From assembly GCF_009914755.1 (NCBI RefSeq), contig NC_060927.1: DNA of 64,000 nt. One strand, written 5' to 3'. Under the pieces are notes generated by a model, which saw nothing but the letters and a program-made list of their open reading frames with translations, made no database searches and was not told the DNA's origin. The stretch comes from the human T2T-CHM13v2.0 reference genome, Homo sapiens. Below are positions 20,457-35,400 of this stretch, piece by piece. A program made the position numbers and the translations under genes. Numbering within the stretch: the first letter of the stretch is position 1; the number at the start of each line of letters is the position of its first letter.

Positions 20457-23400
20457 GGATAAACTAAATTTTAAAATTTCTGGATTTTCAGTGACAGATG
20501 CATCTGAGATGTCTCAGTTTCTCTGAGCTCTTATATTAAAGGAATTTCTCCTTCCTTGTTATGGAACTAAGTGAAATCTCACTGCAGAAGCCATGTGGAA
20601 AATTGTATTCAGTATGTTCTAGTGTAAGCAATAGATCCTATTTCTTTTCCTTAGAAGAGGAATCTTATTATATACTTTTCTGCTTGTTGAGGGTTGAAAG
20701 AACAATCTAGCTGAGGGCTTGTTAATTAAGTAAATAATTACTGTATGCAAATCAACATAAATAGTTCTGAGCTTTCAAAGACAAGCAGTGTAAAAGATGT
20801 GCTTACTTCACTCTTCTAAAGAAGACAAAGTAGAAAATTACATTTTCTCTGGTTAGGGAAAAGTGAATCACAACAGGGGATATTGCTTAGGATTTTCACA
20901 AGGGTCATTATCTGTTCCTTGTTCTCGTGCCTACCAAATGGGAGAGAACATTGTCAAGATTAGGTCTGGGTATGGCAATTCCCCATGAATCCCGTCCTTT
21001 CAATTCAGTCTTGCAATTGTTCATTTCTAAATTATTCACGTGTTTTTTTCATCATTGGCTTACTTCTGCCCTGGAGGTCTTTTCCAATTCACCTATCATC
21101 TTCTGTCTTCTTTCCTTCTAACCCCCTTAACTACCACATCCAAAAGAAAAAGAAAACCCAAACCAAATAAAACCAAACATCACAAAGGTATGTATAGAGG
21201 AATAACTAATGAGTTCCTTTAAATTTTGCTTCATTGAACATCTACTATTTGCCCAAGACTGTGTAACATTCCTTAGGTATAAAGCAAAAGTGATAGGATT
21301 CCTACCTATCAAGAGAAATCTTGCTTCTTTTGGAGTCCCTTTCTCTAGTTTGAGAAATCAATTTTGGGCTTTGCTTCAGATCGAATTTCAATTATATACC
21401 TATATATCTCTTTACATTTAATTTTAAAAATTAATATTATGGACATTTTAAAATAGATTCAAATATATATCTTTATAGTTTAAGGTTATATGGTATCTCA
21501 AGAAGATGTTATGTTATGCCATCTGAATTAGGAGTAAATTAATTTACAAAGCCTATCATTTAAGTTTTTGGAATTATATGTAACAAACCTGGCTCCTTTT
21601 GACAGGCAGCTATATCTGCTTTCCAGATCAGATGAATATCTCCTAGAAAACAAAAGCAACAGAACCCACAGAGAGGAAAGGAAAGCATAGAGTATTTGTC
21701 TCAGTTATGTCAGTGTTATTTCTTTTTAAAAAATTGCTCCTACTATTACATGGAGTATTATGGGATATCAGATAGTATTGCTATACTTTAGGATTACAAA
21801 ACTGTCTGACTCAAGAAAAAAAAAACAGCCAAAACCTCCAAAATATACAAAGCAGAAGGATTTTAATGTGTTTCTCTGAGCATTAGGTTAGCTCTCCTTG
21901 CAGAGATTAACTTTTCAGCAAGTACAAGCTTAGGATTCATCATCATCCTGACCCTAAATAACCACCTTATTATGGATTTAGTAATTACCTTGGTTGTATC
22001 AGAATCAAAGTGGGCTTATCTGGTAATGAAATTTCTATTGCCAAACCTAAAATGGAAATAATAAGAGAGAACTATTAATTATAGTGTCAGATACATACGT
22101 GTGATGAGTAATCTTTAGTAGACACTCTGAGAAAAATTAGATTGAATGAGGTTGAGAACCTGTCTCTGAATCTCAGTGTGTAGCATCTGTTTATTGTGGA
22201 ATTTTTTTTTAGGATTAGAAACACTTATGAATAATTGACAGGTGTTTTGTTTTAGCACTAATAGCTGTACATATTATATTTATAATGCTTAAAGGAGAAT
22301 TTGCTTAAAGGAGAATTGGCCTAATACTAATTATGTTTTCATCTGTAATGTTTGCCCATATGTAACATTATCTTCATTCTGCAATCTGTTAAACTTTTCT
22401 GGCTTCATTTATTTATAGCATTCAGTACAGGAAGTCCTTCTCCTAAAAGTGGGTTAGGTTCCAAAAGTTTATAAAGTTATTTGCAAAGTTAGGATAATTA
22501 GGTTTACTGAGAACAATGCTTTGATCACAGCTGATTTGTATAAGCAATTGTTGAATACTCTTATACCCACAGGAGAAATACAAATATGAGTTGGGTTCCT
22601 AGGCCAGCTCATTAAATTGATTTAAACTATGAATATTTAGAGTATGTTATTTTGGTAGGAGAAACAAATAAAGGACAATATTATTTGAATAATGGTACTG
22701 CAATTAGACAGAAAGAAAACAATATTTCACTGTTGGTCTTATTTACTTTGTTGTGAGAACCCAACCAGATGGCTCTTTGATCTTGTAGCCCCCATATTCT
22801 TTGGGTGATATAAGTAAAGGGAACAGTGGTGGGAATAGTGGCAACATCTAGAGTGTACTGTGAAGCTCTCAGGGTCTTTCTCAGAAATTTGGTGTGGAGG
22901 TTAGTTGGGTGGGGGACAGAGAAGGAATCTAGTTCATGCCCAACATTGGACTCAGGCTTTCATGATCTTGGGGCAGAAGTGTCATGCAAGGATTAGCTGT
23001 GAGTAGAAGAAAACAGAGAAGAACCAGCACCTGCCTGACCTGCCAGGACCAAGAAAGTATCCTCATGGAAGAACATTTCCAGGGTGGACAGGGAAGGGAT
23101 GGGGACAACAGCCTATTTTTTTGAGAAATACAGTCCAACTTGCCAGCATTTCCTGTAACTAAAATGAGGCCATCTAGTAGCTGGCAGCCAGCAGCTTCAT
23201 CAGCTCCCTCCTGGTGAAGAAAGCTCTGGAGCAAAAGAATTAATTTTTTTCACTTGCCCATGGCCTGGGAAGTTCTTATGTGGGTTCAGAAGAAAGCTAT
23301 TGACCAGGGAGTGCTTTCCTAGGGAATAAGCACTGGTGTCAGTATTTTCATCCAATGGAAGCTTAGGTGAGAAAACATTTCAGTCAGGTGAAGTATATTT

Positions 23401-23539
23401 GAACATTAATATATTTTTTTCAATGACTAGCATGAAATGGTTGATACAAACTCTGCAGATAGTACTAATTTGGCCTGATGAATTTTAAAAGGGTTAATAA
23501 CATAGCTAATAAATCCTTGTTAAATTGATATTGATGGAG

Positions 23540-25325
23540 GAGGGGCAGTGCAAGATGGCTGAATAAGGGCCCCACTGATCATGCCCCTCCCCAGGAACAC
23601 CAGGTTTTAAAAAAATTTAAATTTTTAATTCTTGTGGGTACACAGTAGATGTATATATTTATGGGGTACATGAAATATTTTGATATAGGCATGCAATTCA
23701 TAATAATCACATCATGGAAAATGTGGTATCCTTCTCCTCCAGCATTTATCCTTTGAGGAAGACCAAGTTTTACAACTGTCTACACAAAGGAACCACCTTC
23801 ATAAGAACCAAAAACCAGGTACCAGCTCAGCCACAGTGGTGTAGAGGACCAAGTGAGATCTTGGAGTCCCTGATTTCATGTCTTAGCTCTTGGATAGCAT
23901 TGCTGGACCTTCCCTGGGCCAGAGGGGAACCCACTGCCCTGAGGGGTGAGTTCCAGGCCTGGTGGTATTCACCACAAGCTGAAGGAAGAGTCCTTAGGCC
24001 TTAATTGAGCATCAGTGGTAGCCTGGGAATGTTCCCTGTAGGCCTGTAGTGGTGGTGGCCATGGGGTGAAGCTCCTCTGCACATAGGAAGGGGAGGAAAG
24101 AGTGGGAAGGACTGTGTCATGTGACTTGAGTGCCAGCACAGCCACAGTAGAATATAACACCATGCAGATTTCTAAGGTTTTTAACTCTAGTCCCTGGCTC
24201 TGGGAGAGCATCTCTGGACCTGCCCAGGACCTAGGAAACTCACACCTCTCAAGGGAAGGACACAAACCTGGCTGGCTTCATCATCTGCTGCTTGTAGAGC
24301 TCCAGGGCCTTGAGTGAACATAGGTAATAGGAAGTAGTTATGGGGGCCTTGGACGAGACCTGGTGCCACTACAGTCCCAGTAGTGGTGACCAAAGGAGTG
24401 CTTGTGTCACCCCACCCCCAGTTCCAGGCAACTTAATACAGAGACCCCATTTGTTTGGGAGAAAGTAAGGGAAGAGAACAAGAGTCTTTGCCTTGTAATC
24501 CAAAGAATTATTCTGCATGTTATCTAAGACCACCAAGGTGGTACCTCTACAAGTCTGTAAGAACTACAGTGTTACTGGGCTTGGGGTGGCCCCAATGCAG
24601 ATGTAGCTTAGATCACAACACCCAAGTATTTTCAAATACCTGGAAAGCCTTCCCAAGGAGGATGGGTACAAACAAGCCCAGATGGTGAATACTACAATAA
24701 ATACCTAACTCTTCAATGCCCAGGCACTGATGAACATTCACAAGTGTCAAGACCAACCAGGAAAACATGACTTTACCTAACAAACTAAATAAGGCACTAG
24801 GGACCAATCCTGGAGAAACAGAGAAATGCAACCTTTCAGACAGAGAATTCATAATAGCTGTTTTGAAGAAACTCAACAAAATTCAAGATAACACAGAGAA
24901 GGAATTCAGATTTATATCAGATAAATTTAACAAAGAGAGTGAAATAATTAAAAAGAATCAAGCAGAAGTTCTGGACTTGAGAAATCCAATTGACTGGAGA
25001 ATGCATCAGAGTCTCTTAATAGCAGAATTGATCAAGTAGAAGAAAGAATTAGTAAGCTCGAAGACAGGATATTGGAAAATACACAGTCAGAGGAGATAAG
25101 AGAAAAAAGAAAAAAAAAAAAAAAAAGAATGGAGCACACCTCCAAGATCTGGAAAGTAGCCTCAAAAGGCAAGTCTAAGAGTTATTGGCCTTAAAGAGGA
25201 AGTGGAGAAACAAATAGGAGTAAGAAGTTTATTAAAAGGAATAGTAACAGAGAACTTCCTGAATCTAGAAAAAGATATTAATATATAAGTATAAGAAGGT
25301 TATAGAAGACCAAACAGATTTAACT
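23540..25325 (+). mobile_element. Old L1 5'UTR plus ORF1 fragment (L1M/L1MA type) with an inserted antisense L1MA 3' fragment at about 23610-23755
   Basis: Starts caagatggctgaata; ORF1-like peptide LSDREFIIAVLKKLNKIQDNTEKEF (24767-25039). Confidence 0.8.
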
Positions 25326-25760
25326 CATTAATAAATGATGTGGCAAATTCATATACTCCTGTTTTGTTAATTCTGTGGGAGAGCAGGAGAAGGGAGGGTT
25401 AGTTCAGGATTTTCTTTCATTCCTCTTACTAAAGAAAAATTTAGTTGTGTTAACAAGTTCTTATTTCAAACACGCAAATTTATTTGGCAAGTATTAAATC
25501 TTATCACCACACTTCATTGTTTACGTTGCTTTTTAAATTTGTTTTAAGTCTTGGAATCCCTAGTTGAGACTAGTCTTTCTATAGGAAGTCAAATTGGGAT
25601 TGAATCTTTCAAATTCCAGGATTGGGCACTTTGTAGCGAGGAGCATCAGGGGCGAGGAAAGAGTGTGGCCATGAGAGCCTGGGCAGGGCCTGGGTTTCTG
25701 ATGAAGGAGACCCCTTTGGATAGGAGCATAAGGTAAAATGTCCCATGATCCATAGGGGCA

Positions 25761-26340
25761 TGTGGCAGATTGTATTTTCCAAAAATGGCCATCATAACAT
25801 ATCACTTCTCACATGTTCTTTTCTCACATGTTCTTTTTATAATGTGATGTTGACACACTCTTACTGAGAGGTGGGGTCTGTGTTCCCTCACCTTTAATTT
25901 GGGTAAGCCTGTGATTATGGCAAAATTGATGCTATGTGACTTCTGAATCTAGGTAATAAAAGCAATATAGATTTTGCTTGGTTCTCTTGAAATTCTTGTT
26001 CTTGGAACCCAACTACCCTGTTGTGAGGAAGCCTGAGTGGCACATTGAGAGACCAACATGGAGAGGGCCACATTGAGAGGAACCAAGGCCTTTGGTCTTT
26101 ACTCCCATTGAGCTTCCAGCTGATAGCCAGCATCAGTTGGCCAGTGATGTGCGTGAGCCATTTTGGAAGTGGATCCTTAAGCCTCAGTTGAGCATCACCA
26201 GCAGATGCTGTGGGGAGCAGGTTCAAGGCTTCCCTGTCAATCTCTGACCAAAAAGATTCATGATCAAAATGACTGATTATTGTTGTTTTAAGGTACTAAG
26301 GTTTGGGGTGGTTTTTTATGCAGCAGTGGTGACTGGAGCA
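25761..26340 (+). mobile_element. MaLR LTR (MLT1F/E-like)
   Basis: tgtggcagattgtattttccaaaaatggcc...ttttaaggtactaaggtttggggtggttttttatgcagca. Confidence 0.75.
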
Positions 26341-28799
26341 GGACTTCATCAGGAGAACGGCAAGCAGGAGTTGAGAAGTAGCCTCTAATCTAGGCCTCCA
26401 TATGACAATCTGGCAGTGTTTGTTTTCTTTATGTCAAAAGGCTCAATAAATTGCTTAAGAGAAGTGGCTTGTGCCAGAAAAGCAATCTGGCACTCTACTT
26501 GCTGGTCTGTTTGATGGGTAGAACCCAAGAACCTGGACCACAGCTGAGAACTTCCAGACCAGCAACTTTTCCATGTGCCTCAGAACTCTTCTTTCATTCC
26601 TCCTGACTTTGCCTTCTTTCTCCCAACCCCCACCTCAACGTCACCCCTAGCACTGGACCATCTGACTCCAGCCTTATCTTTCTATCATTCCCATGATTCA
26701 GTGGTATGCTGGAGCTCATACCAGCTCATAAGACCCAATTATCCACATTTCTTCTCAAGTCAATGTTCACTGATGTCACATTAGTAACTTGAAAACAACC
26801 ATGGTATTTATACCATGGAAATTTGTAAATTAGGGCTTCTCCTCCTACCTCAGAAAGGCAGTGTACCAGAATAGCTCATACCTTTAGCCTTACTCCTTCT
26901 TGCCCCTAGGGTGGTATTTGCAGAAGGGAAGAGACGTGAAGACATGAAGGTTTCTGTCCTCAAAGGAATGATAAACATATAAACAAACTGCTGTATACTG
27001 TTATAGTGCAATACATATTCTGATGTATAAAGCAGAGAGTGATTGACAGCTGGGGATAGGGGTAGAGAGCATCAGCTACAGTCTTAGAGAGTGCATGATT
27101 CCTGCTCAGGATGGGGAAAAATGGAGAAGAGTTTGGCAAATGTATTTCAGGTAAAAAGACCCAATGTCAATGACCAAAAGTGAGGGGTGCCCACTGGGAG
27201 AAGAGGGAGGGAACTGTGCAGGGAAAGAAAGTGGCTGGCCAGAAGAACCATTTGGCCAGGGCCTTCTCATTCATGAAGGGCCTCAAATGTATGTGTTTAA
27301 AATTATTTCCAAATGAGGTGGTATATGTTAAAGGTGTTTATTTAATGCCAAAATTTCAGATATATCACCAATTTTGAAACTTTTATTGGGGTATTTATTT
27401 GTTCATTTAAAATATATACTGGGAATTTAAAAATAGTTACAAATGACTTGGACCTTCTCTGACTACTGAAAGACTCTGAGAAATGGTATGAAAGGACATG
27501 GAAGCATGAGAAAGCTCAGGTTCTTCTGATTAGCTGTAGGACAAAGTGTGTATGTGGCAAGGAGGGGAGTGTTGGTACATTTGACTGAAGGGCGGGCAGG
27601 GGTCAGATGGTGAATGACCCATGTAATTATGAAAAGAAGCTTGTACTTTCATCTTCTGGAGTATGAGAAACTGCTAAAGGCTGTTAAGCAGAGGAATGAT
27701 GTATCAGTCAGCTTTGCTGCGGTAACAAAGAACTCCAAAAAATCTCAGGTACTTCATATATTGATTCTTTGCCTTACCTGAGGACTACAGATTAACTGAG
27801 TTTCTGCTCCAGTTGCAGTCCTGCTCTGATCCATAGTTTTCCCAGTTCCAGGACACAGGTTATGCTCTGAAAAACATGGACAATACAGTGCTAGAGAGAA
27901 AGAGCATGTGTCTGCCTTTAGATCCTCCACTCAGTTAGTTGTGACACACTTCATATCCACCCATATTCCACTGGCTGAAGCAAGTCCTGTGCCAATTCCC
28001 CCTGTGGGGGAAGGGAAAAAGAATATTCGCAAAGAGCAATCAATCTACCAGGGGAGTCAGTCTTATTATGATGCCAGCTGGGCTATAGAAAACTGACAGG
28101 AGGGAGAAGATTGGTGGAGACTAAAGGAGGGAGATAGGTAGGTCTTCTATTAACCTGGCACATTCTACTACTTTTGATGTTCTGTCCATCATAAAAGAGC
28201 CTCTGGAGATCATATAAAATTATTAAAGCAGTTGGAACACAGCCATTCAGTCAAAATGTGAAGCAGTTCATGCCCCATAAGCAGTGTCGGCTGTTGCCAT
28301 ATTCGGTCTTAATAGAGTGGCTGAGTAAATAACAGTTGGTTATGTAAGGATGCTTTGATCATTGTTTCCATTGCCAACCTACCTCCCTACCCCAACTCCA
28401 AACATCCTTTCCTAAGCTGTATGGTTTGCATAAAATCTATAACTGTGACCTTAAGAATAGCTAAAGATGCAAAGAAGCTTTGACTTTTAGCCAGTTTTTC
28501 TCTTCTGCCACCCTGTGGTCTCCTTGTTCTCCTCACTCACTGGTTTTGATCTTTTTCCTCCATTAGCCACATTCTTATGGTATGGAGGACATGGGACCAC
28601 TACAGAGGAGAGAGCTTTGATAATCTTCCTTGAAACATTGTAAAGCTCAGTTGTGGAGGAAAGTAATTAGAAAGAGCTGGTATGAACAGGAGAAAATTCA
28701 CCCAAACCTTGTTTTGTCAATAATTTTATGGGTCGTATTCCCTAAAATGTGACAGTATATTAGAATATGATAAGAGAAATGAGTTCACTTTTCTTTTTA

Positions 28800-28935
28800 A
28801 ATATTCTTTAAAAAATTCAGCTCATCAGTCACACTAGCCACATTTTCAGTGCTCAAAAGCCAAATGTGGCTGGTGGCTATTGTTTGTAGAAATAAGAACA
28901 TTTCTATGAGTTCAATAAATTCTTTTGGACAGCCC
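28800..28935. mobile_element. hAT-Charlie MER3-like fragment
   Basis: cagtcacactagccacattttcagtgctcaaaagccaaatgtggctggtggcta. Confidence 0.6.
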
Positions 28936-30756
28936 TGAACTATTTTGCTCCAGCTGCTTTAAGCCTTATCTTGGGATTTCTTGCATTCACCCTGCTTTTG
29001 GATTGGGCAGAACCCCTGCTGGGTTTAATTGCTATGCTTAGATTGGTCCACTTTAGATAGTTTGAGGTTCTTCTGTTCTCATGTCCCTTGATCACTCCAT
29101 TGCTTCCCTCTGCTTCTTCTCACACAGATGCTGATACTATGCCAGTCAAGTAGCTGTGTGGTTTGTGTTCCTTCACTTGCACAGCAAGGTTCAAGGGGAC
29201 ACCTTATAACTTGGCTTTATAATAAATTATTATTAAATTATAATAAATATTATTCATGAGTTTTGAGTTTTGTTCTGTAGCTGCTCTGTTTTCATATGTG
29301 GATTCAAGAAAGATCTAAAAACTATGCTTCCACTGTATCTACTGTTTCCCCCCAAATGCTCGGAATCAGCATTTTAACAAAACCCCTAAGTGATTTACAT
29401 ATATGTTAAAGTTTGGGAAACACTGATAGAGGTTTTGAGATAAGGTAGGTCATTCATAAAAAATTGCTATATAATATTGTTCCTTAAGTACTATTACTTC
29501 AAGCAGCCCAATGTTTTTCATTATATTTATTTTCATTTCATTATATTTAGACTGAATTTAGGTTAATACTCAATTCTACCTAAGTAAAGACTTTCATTTA
29601 GGGTGATACACACTAAAGCAAAACCCACTACTCTTTTATTACATTTCCATTACTGTTTCCATAGATTGAACTGATTCCTCTTTTCTAGATGAATATATCA
29701 GGATGCTCTTCAATTACATCAAAATAAAACATTATCTAGAAGATCAACAAAACTTCCTAACCAACTAGAGTCATGCATTGCTCTGGGGCAGGCATCTGTT
29801 TGCAGAGTCTGGCAGATTTTGAAGGGTAAATTTAGTTACCTTAAGACAAGCAAAGTCTGAGTTACATTTGTGATTTATTATCAATCAACCTGTGCTTCAG
29901 AAATTTTCTCAGTAGTTCCGGACAAGTTGTTCAACTTGGACAGATGGCAAGTTTATGGAGTTCAGGTGTAATTTGCTTCACAGACACCTGATCCCAGCCT
30001 TCTTTTTCATTGCTTGTATTCATACTCCCTCAGGGATTTATTTGCTTATCTCTTCACAGTTGTCTGTATTTTGGAAAAAGAAAGAAATGCAAATTATAGA
30101 CTTCTAAGTAAAATACACATCTCACTTGTTTATTTCAGCTCTCCCCCACCCCCAATCTGCTTTTGTATCAGCAGATTTAAGACCTGGGAGTCAAATAAGG
30201 GAAAATTATTTTAAAAGGATGGAAGTGAAGAGTTTTAGATGATTCCTATATGGAAATGTCTGGTTGGAAACTAGAAAAAAGAAACACTGGTACATAGAAA
30301 TATAGTCACCATATGTATTTTGGTTACCTACCGTATGTATTTAACAAAACCTCTAAGTGATTTGCATGCATGTTAAAGTTTGGGAAACACTGACAGTGGT
30401 TCTGAGATATGGTAGGTAACCAAACATCTTTTACCTTTGAATATCTAGGTAGTTTCTGTAATCAGATTGTCCAAGTTTCAGTTACTGGCGCCCATTCCAG
30501 GTAGGTGCACTGGGACCACTATAGCAGGTCCGTTTCCACAAGTTACTGGCTGATAAATGAAGTCTTCTCTATGTGCTAGAGTGCAAGCAAATACTAGTCA
30601 TCAAAGTGAAACAGGTAATTGCACTGCATACTACAGTGTAGCTGAGAGGATTTCCAAAACAGAGAGTACTGTAGTCTTATATGAGAATTAATTGATTACT
30701 AAGTTAGGCTATGAATCTAATTGTTCCATAGTTTCTTTAGCCAGATAATTGCATAT

Positions 30757-31063
30757 CTTTTTTATTTTTATTTATTTTTAGAGATGGTCTCACTCTGTTG
30801 CCTAGGCTGGAGTGCAGTTGTACAATCATAGCTCACTGTAACCTCAAACTCCTGAGCTCAAGTGATCCTCCCACTCCAGCCTCTGGAGTAGCTAGGAATA
30901 CAGGTGTGGGCCACCATGCCCAGTTAATATATTTTTATTTTTTGTAGAGATGCAGTCTTGCTATGTTGCCCAGGCTGGTCTTAAACTCCTGGCCTCAACC
31001 ATTGTCCCACCATAGCCTCCCAAGTCACTGAGATTACAGGTGTGAGCCACTGTGCCTGGCCTA
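30757..31063 (-). mobile_element. AluJ
   Basis: J-type motifs ctcctgagctcaagtgatcctccc and cttgctatgttgcccaggctgg. Confidence 0.9.
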
Positions 31064-31449
31064 CCACATCTTTTTATAACCTTAATAAATTCATCAAAGT
31101 AGAGTTATATCTCCATCAAACCAGAATGGTGATCAATTCACTGTTAATAGACCACTAAGCCCTCTTTCCTTCCAAGCAATGAAAAGACAAAAGCCAAACT
31201 TGTCTGCCTTCCTTTTTCCATAGAAGGTCTCATAGTCTGTGTGCCCTATATTTGCCGTGGTGTGACGCCCTGCATAGCTTGTTGTCTAAGGCCCCAGTGA
31301 TTTTTAAAAGTGAATTAAGGTTCTATATAGAACCTGAAATTACCTTGGGAAATCAGCCCCTGCTTAAAAGGCTCTGTCAGGGCTAGCCCTGATTTCCAAC
31401 TCAAGAGAGACTTTCGTGATCCAAAATGCTCTGATTGGTGCAAGATCCA

Positions 31450-31710
31450 GAGGCAGGATAGCATAGAGAGTCTGTGTCTCTAGAGCCAGATAGCCTGGGC
31501 TACAATCCCAGCTTTATGACCTACTCAGTATGGAACCTTGAACAATTTACCTAATCTTATGGTTTTCTCATCTGAAAAATGGGAATAATAATAGTTCCTA
31601 CCTCATTAGGATTGTTGTGAGTGTAAGTTAATGAGTTAAAATATGAAAGGAACATAGAAGAGGGCCTGGCTCATAGTAAACACTATTAACATTCCAGCTA
31701 TCATTTTCAT
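31450..31710 (+). mobile_element. MIR
   Basis: ctcatctgaaaaatgggaataataatagttcctacctcattaggattgttgtgag; further MIRs near 32100, 36880, 47630, 56080, 57255 and 62980. Confidence 0.8.
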
Positions 31711-32429
31711 TATTATTATTATAATTATCATTATTGTTGTTACCATTTGTGTTATTGATGGAGACAATCTAATAGCTGCTTCCAAGACACTTTAAAATGT
31801 TCTGGATCAGGGGTTGTTGCTCCCAAGGGTTGTTGTTACAGCCCTTCCGATATGCCCAGGCCAGGAGAGGTTGTCTAGCTTGTTCTGTTTCTAATCTTGT
31901 CCTCAAGGAGACCCTAAGCCTATGTGGGGTGAGCATAAATCATCAGAACAGAGTGTGTAGGTGCTGAGTGATTGCTAGCCTTCTGTTACTTGGACTTGCA
32001 AATTTGATTTCTTTTTTTCAGTTTTCAGATTATTATGTGTGTGTTAGGCTACATAACAGAATGTGATCAATGTAACTTTTTAAAAGAGAAGTTTTAAAAA
32101 GTATTGGATGAGAACTAATACCAATACCAACATGAGCTGATCTGACATGGTACCTTTCTGGGCAAATTACTTCCTCTCTCTGAGCTTTGGTTTTCTCACT
32201 GATAAAACCAGAGTTTGAAATGAGCAAATCTTTATAGTCTCTTGTAACTCTACTATTCTGTGTAAGAAGACATTCTTGAAGTTTGAATTATAGATTCTTC
32301 TGTGGGGAAATAACCAAGTATATTGTGGCAATTCATAACATAAACATTCTACATTAGTAAAAGTATTTGGTTCAACTTGATGATTATATATTTTTAGTGA
32401 TATTTAGCCCCTCTTGTTTTCCTAAGGAA

Positions 32430-35400
32430 ACTTTTTTTTTCATAGTATAACAAGTACTGACTTGGTATTGTCTGTCTTTTTCTTTTTAGCCATTCTGATG
32501 AGTGTGTAGCATGTAGTGGTAGTACACAGTGGTTGTAATTCGCACTTTTCTGATGACTAAAAATGTTGAGCGTCTTCTCATGACTTTTGGCCATTTAGTG
32601 TCCGTTCAAGTCTTTTGCCCATTTTTCTATTGGATTCTCTCATTTTTCTTATTGCTTTATAGAAGTTTTAATTAATTTTATCCATATTTTGGTAGTCTGA
32701 TGAATATTTGAATTGCAAATATCTTACACTATGTGTCTTCCTTTTCACTCTCCTAATGGTGTCTTTTTATGAGTAGAAGTTTGTAATTTTAATGAAGTTC
32801 ATTTTATAAGTTCATAACTTTATCATTAGTGCCTTTTATGTCTTAAGAAATCTTTGCCTACTCCAAGATCATGAAGATATTCTCTTGTTTTCTTTTAAAA
32901 CTCAGTTTTCTTCTCCTGTTTTCTTTTAAAGCTGACTCAATTTCATTCTGTCTTTCACAGTAACATCTATCTATAATTGATCTGTGTGTGTATGTGACTA
33001 TATGGTATGAGACAGGAATCCAAGTACGTTTTTTTCTATATGAATATTCAATTGGCCCAGCATAATTTGTTGAAAAAGCCATATTTTCCTCTACCATGCA
33101 GTGGTTTATTTTTGCATTAATCAAGTGATTAAATATGTGTGAATCTGTTTTTGAGCCCTCTATTTGATTGCATTGGTGTATATTTTTTCTTCTTTGCCAA
33201 TACCACACTTTCATAGGTAATATAACTTTATAATATAAGCTATATAACTTTATAATAAATCTTGATATTTGGTCATACAAAACTTCCAAATTAGTTCTTG
33301 TTTAATTGCCGTGGCTATTCAGGTTCCTTTGTATTTCCATATAAATTTTAGAATCTGCTTTTCAGTTCCTGCCAAAATGTCTGCTAGGATTTTGGTTGGT
33401 ATTTCATGGGCCTCTTTAAGTGTGTTTTTGTGCAAGTTTATAGAAATAAAGGGCTTTGTATTCAGCAGTCTTGCGTAATTCCCTCGTTAATTCTAACAGT
33501 TTGTCAGGTCTTTGGATTTTTTTCTGTACACAATCATGTTGACATGATTAATGACAGTCTAATGTTTTCTTTACTAATCTTTATAGATTTTTTTAAAAAT
33601 TTACTTTTTCTGGCATTATTGCTTTGGGAAGCACCTTCATTACAATGTTGAATAGAAGTGATGATAGTAGGCATTCTTATTTTGTTCCTAATCTCAGAAG
33701 AAAATAATAAACTTTCAATATTTCACCAATAAGCATAATGTTTACTATATATTTTTAAGCTTCAAAAAATCAGATTAAGGAAGTTCCCTCCTATATCTGG
33801 TGTGCTAGGAGTTTTCTTCTTTTTAAAAATATAATAAATTTTGAATTTTATAGAATGCTTTTTTTGCATCAGTTGAGATGGTGATACAATTTTTCAACTT
33901 TTTTCTATAATGAGATATATTTTGATTGATTTATTTTCATATATTAAGTCAACTCTGTATTTCTGAAATAAAATCTACATGGTCATGATGTATTATCTTT
34001 TTAATATGTCGTATTCTATTTGCTAATATGTGTGTGTAAATTTGGGTTATTTGAATCAACGTTCATGAAAACATTTGCTCGTAATTTTCCTTTCCCATAA
34101 TATCCTTGTTATATTTTAGTATCAAACTTGTCCTGGTCTTACGAAATGAAGAGGTTGAGTAAGATTATTGTTATTTATTTCTTAAATATTTGGAAGAATT
34201 TATCAGTAAAGCCATCTGGTCCTGGAGTTTTTCTTTGCAAGAGCTTTTTATTATTTTATTTTTCTGTATTCAACAAATATCTATATTGAGAAGATAAAGG
34301 TAGCCACTGTTCTGTTGTTGTGCTGAAAATACATTGGTAGGCAAAAACAAAGCCAAACAAATACAGGGTCCTTATAAGGATTGCTTTATAATATTTACTT
34401 TTGAGATAGAGGGTCAGGGGATACTTCTGTTGTCTATCTCAGTTATTATTATTTTTAACTTTTATTTTAGGTTCAGGGGTACATGTGCAGGTTTGTTACA
34501 GATATATATATATATATAATATGTCACAAGGGCTTGGTGTACAGATTATGTCATTACCTAGGTGTTAAGCATAGTACAAAATAGGTAGTTTTTTTTCATT
34601 AAAAATAAATTTTATGCATACATAATAGTCGTACGTATTTATGGGGCACATGTGATATATTGATACAAGCTTACAATGCATAATGATCAAATCTAGGTTA
34701 TTGAGGTATTCATTGCCTCAAACATTTATCATTTCTTTGTGTTGGGAACATTCCAAGTCTTCTAACTATTTTGAAATATATAATAAATTATTGTTAACTA
34801 TATTTTTTGTGTTTAAACCTTTATTTATTTGTTTGCTTATAGTTTGTTACAGCAACCGCCTTCTTTATTTTTATTTTTGAGTTCCTCAACCTCCTCCTCT
34901 CCCTCTACCCTCAAGTAGGCCCCGGTGTTTGTTGTTCCCTTCTTTGCATTCATGTGTAGTCAATGTTTAGCTCCCACTTATAAGTGAGAAAATGCAGTAT
35001 TTGGTTTTCTGTTCCTCTGTTAGTTTGCCTCCAGGTTGATCCATGTTGCTGCAAAGGACATGATCTCATTCTTTTTTATGGCTGCATAATATTCCACAGT
35101 TTATTTTCTTTATCCAGTCTACCGTTGATGGGCGTTGAGGTTGATTCCATGTCTTTGCTATTGTGAATAGTGCTACAATGAACATATGCATGCATGTGTC
35201 TTTATGGTAGAACGATTTGTATTCCTTTGGGTATATATACCCAGTAATGGGATTGCTGGGTCAAATGGTCATTCTGCTTTGAGTTTTATTATCTTAAATA
35301 AGAAATTATCTCTGTTTAATAGATAAAAACTATTCAGATTATCTTTTTCTTCTTGTGTCGTAAGTTGTGTTCTTAAAAGACTGTTAACTTCATATTATCA

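Noticed and set aside
22286-22320. Short tandem duplication tgcttaaaggagaatt x2 and a nearby possible Tigger-like relic at about 22425-22700
   Set aside because: Ordinary slippage; the relic is too degenerate to call
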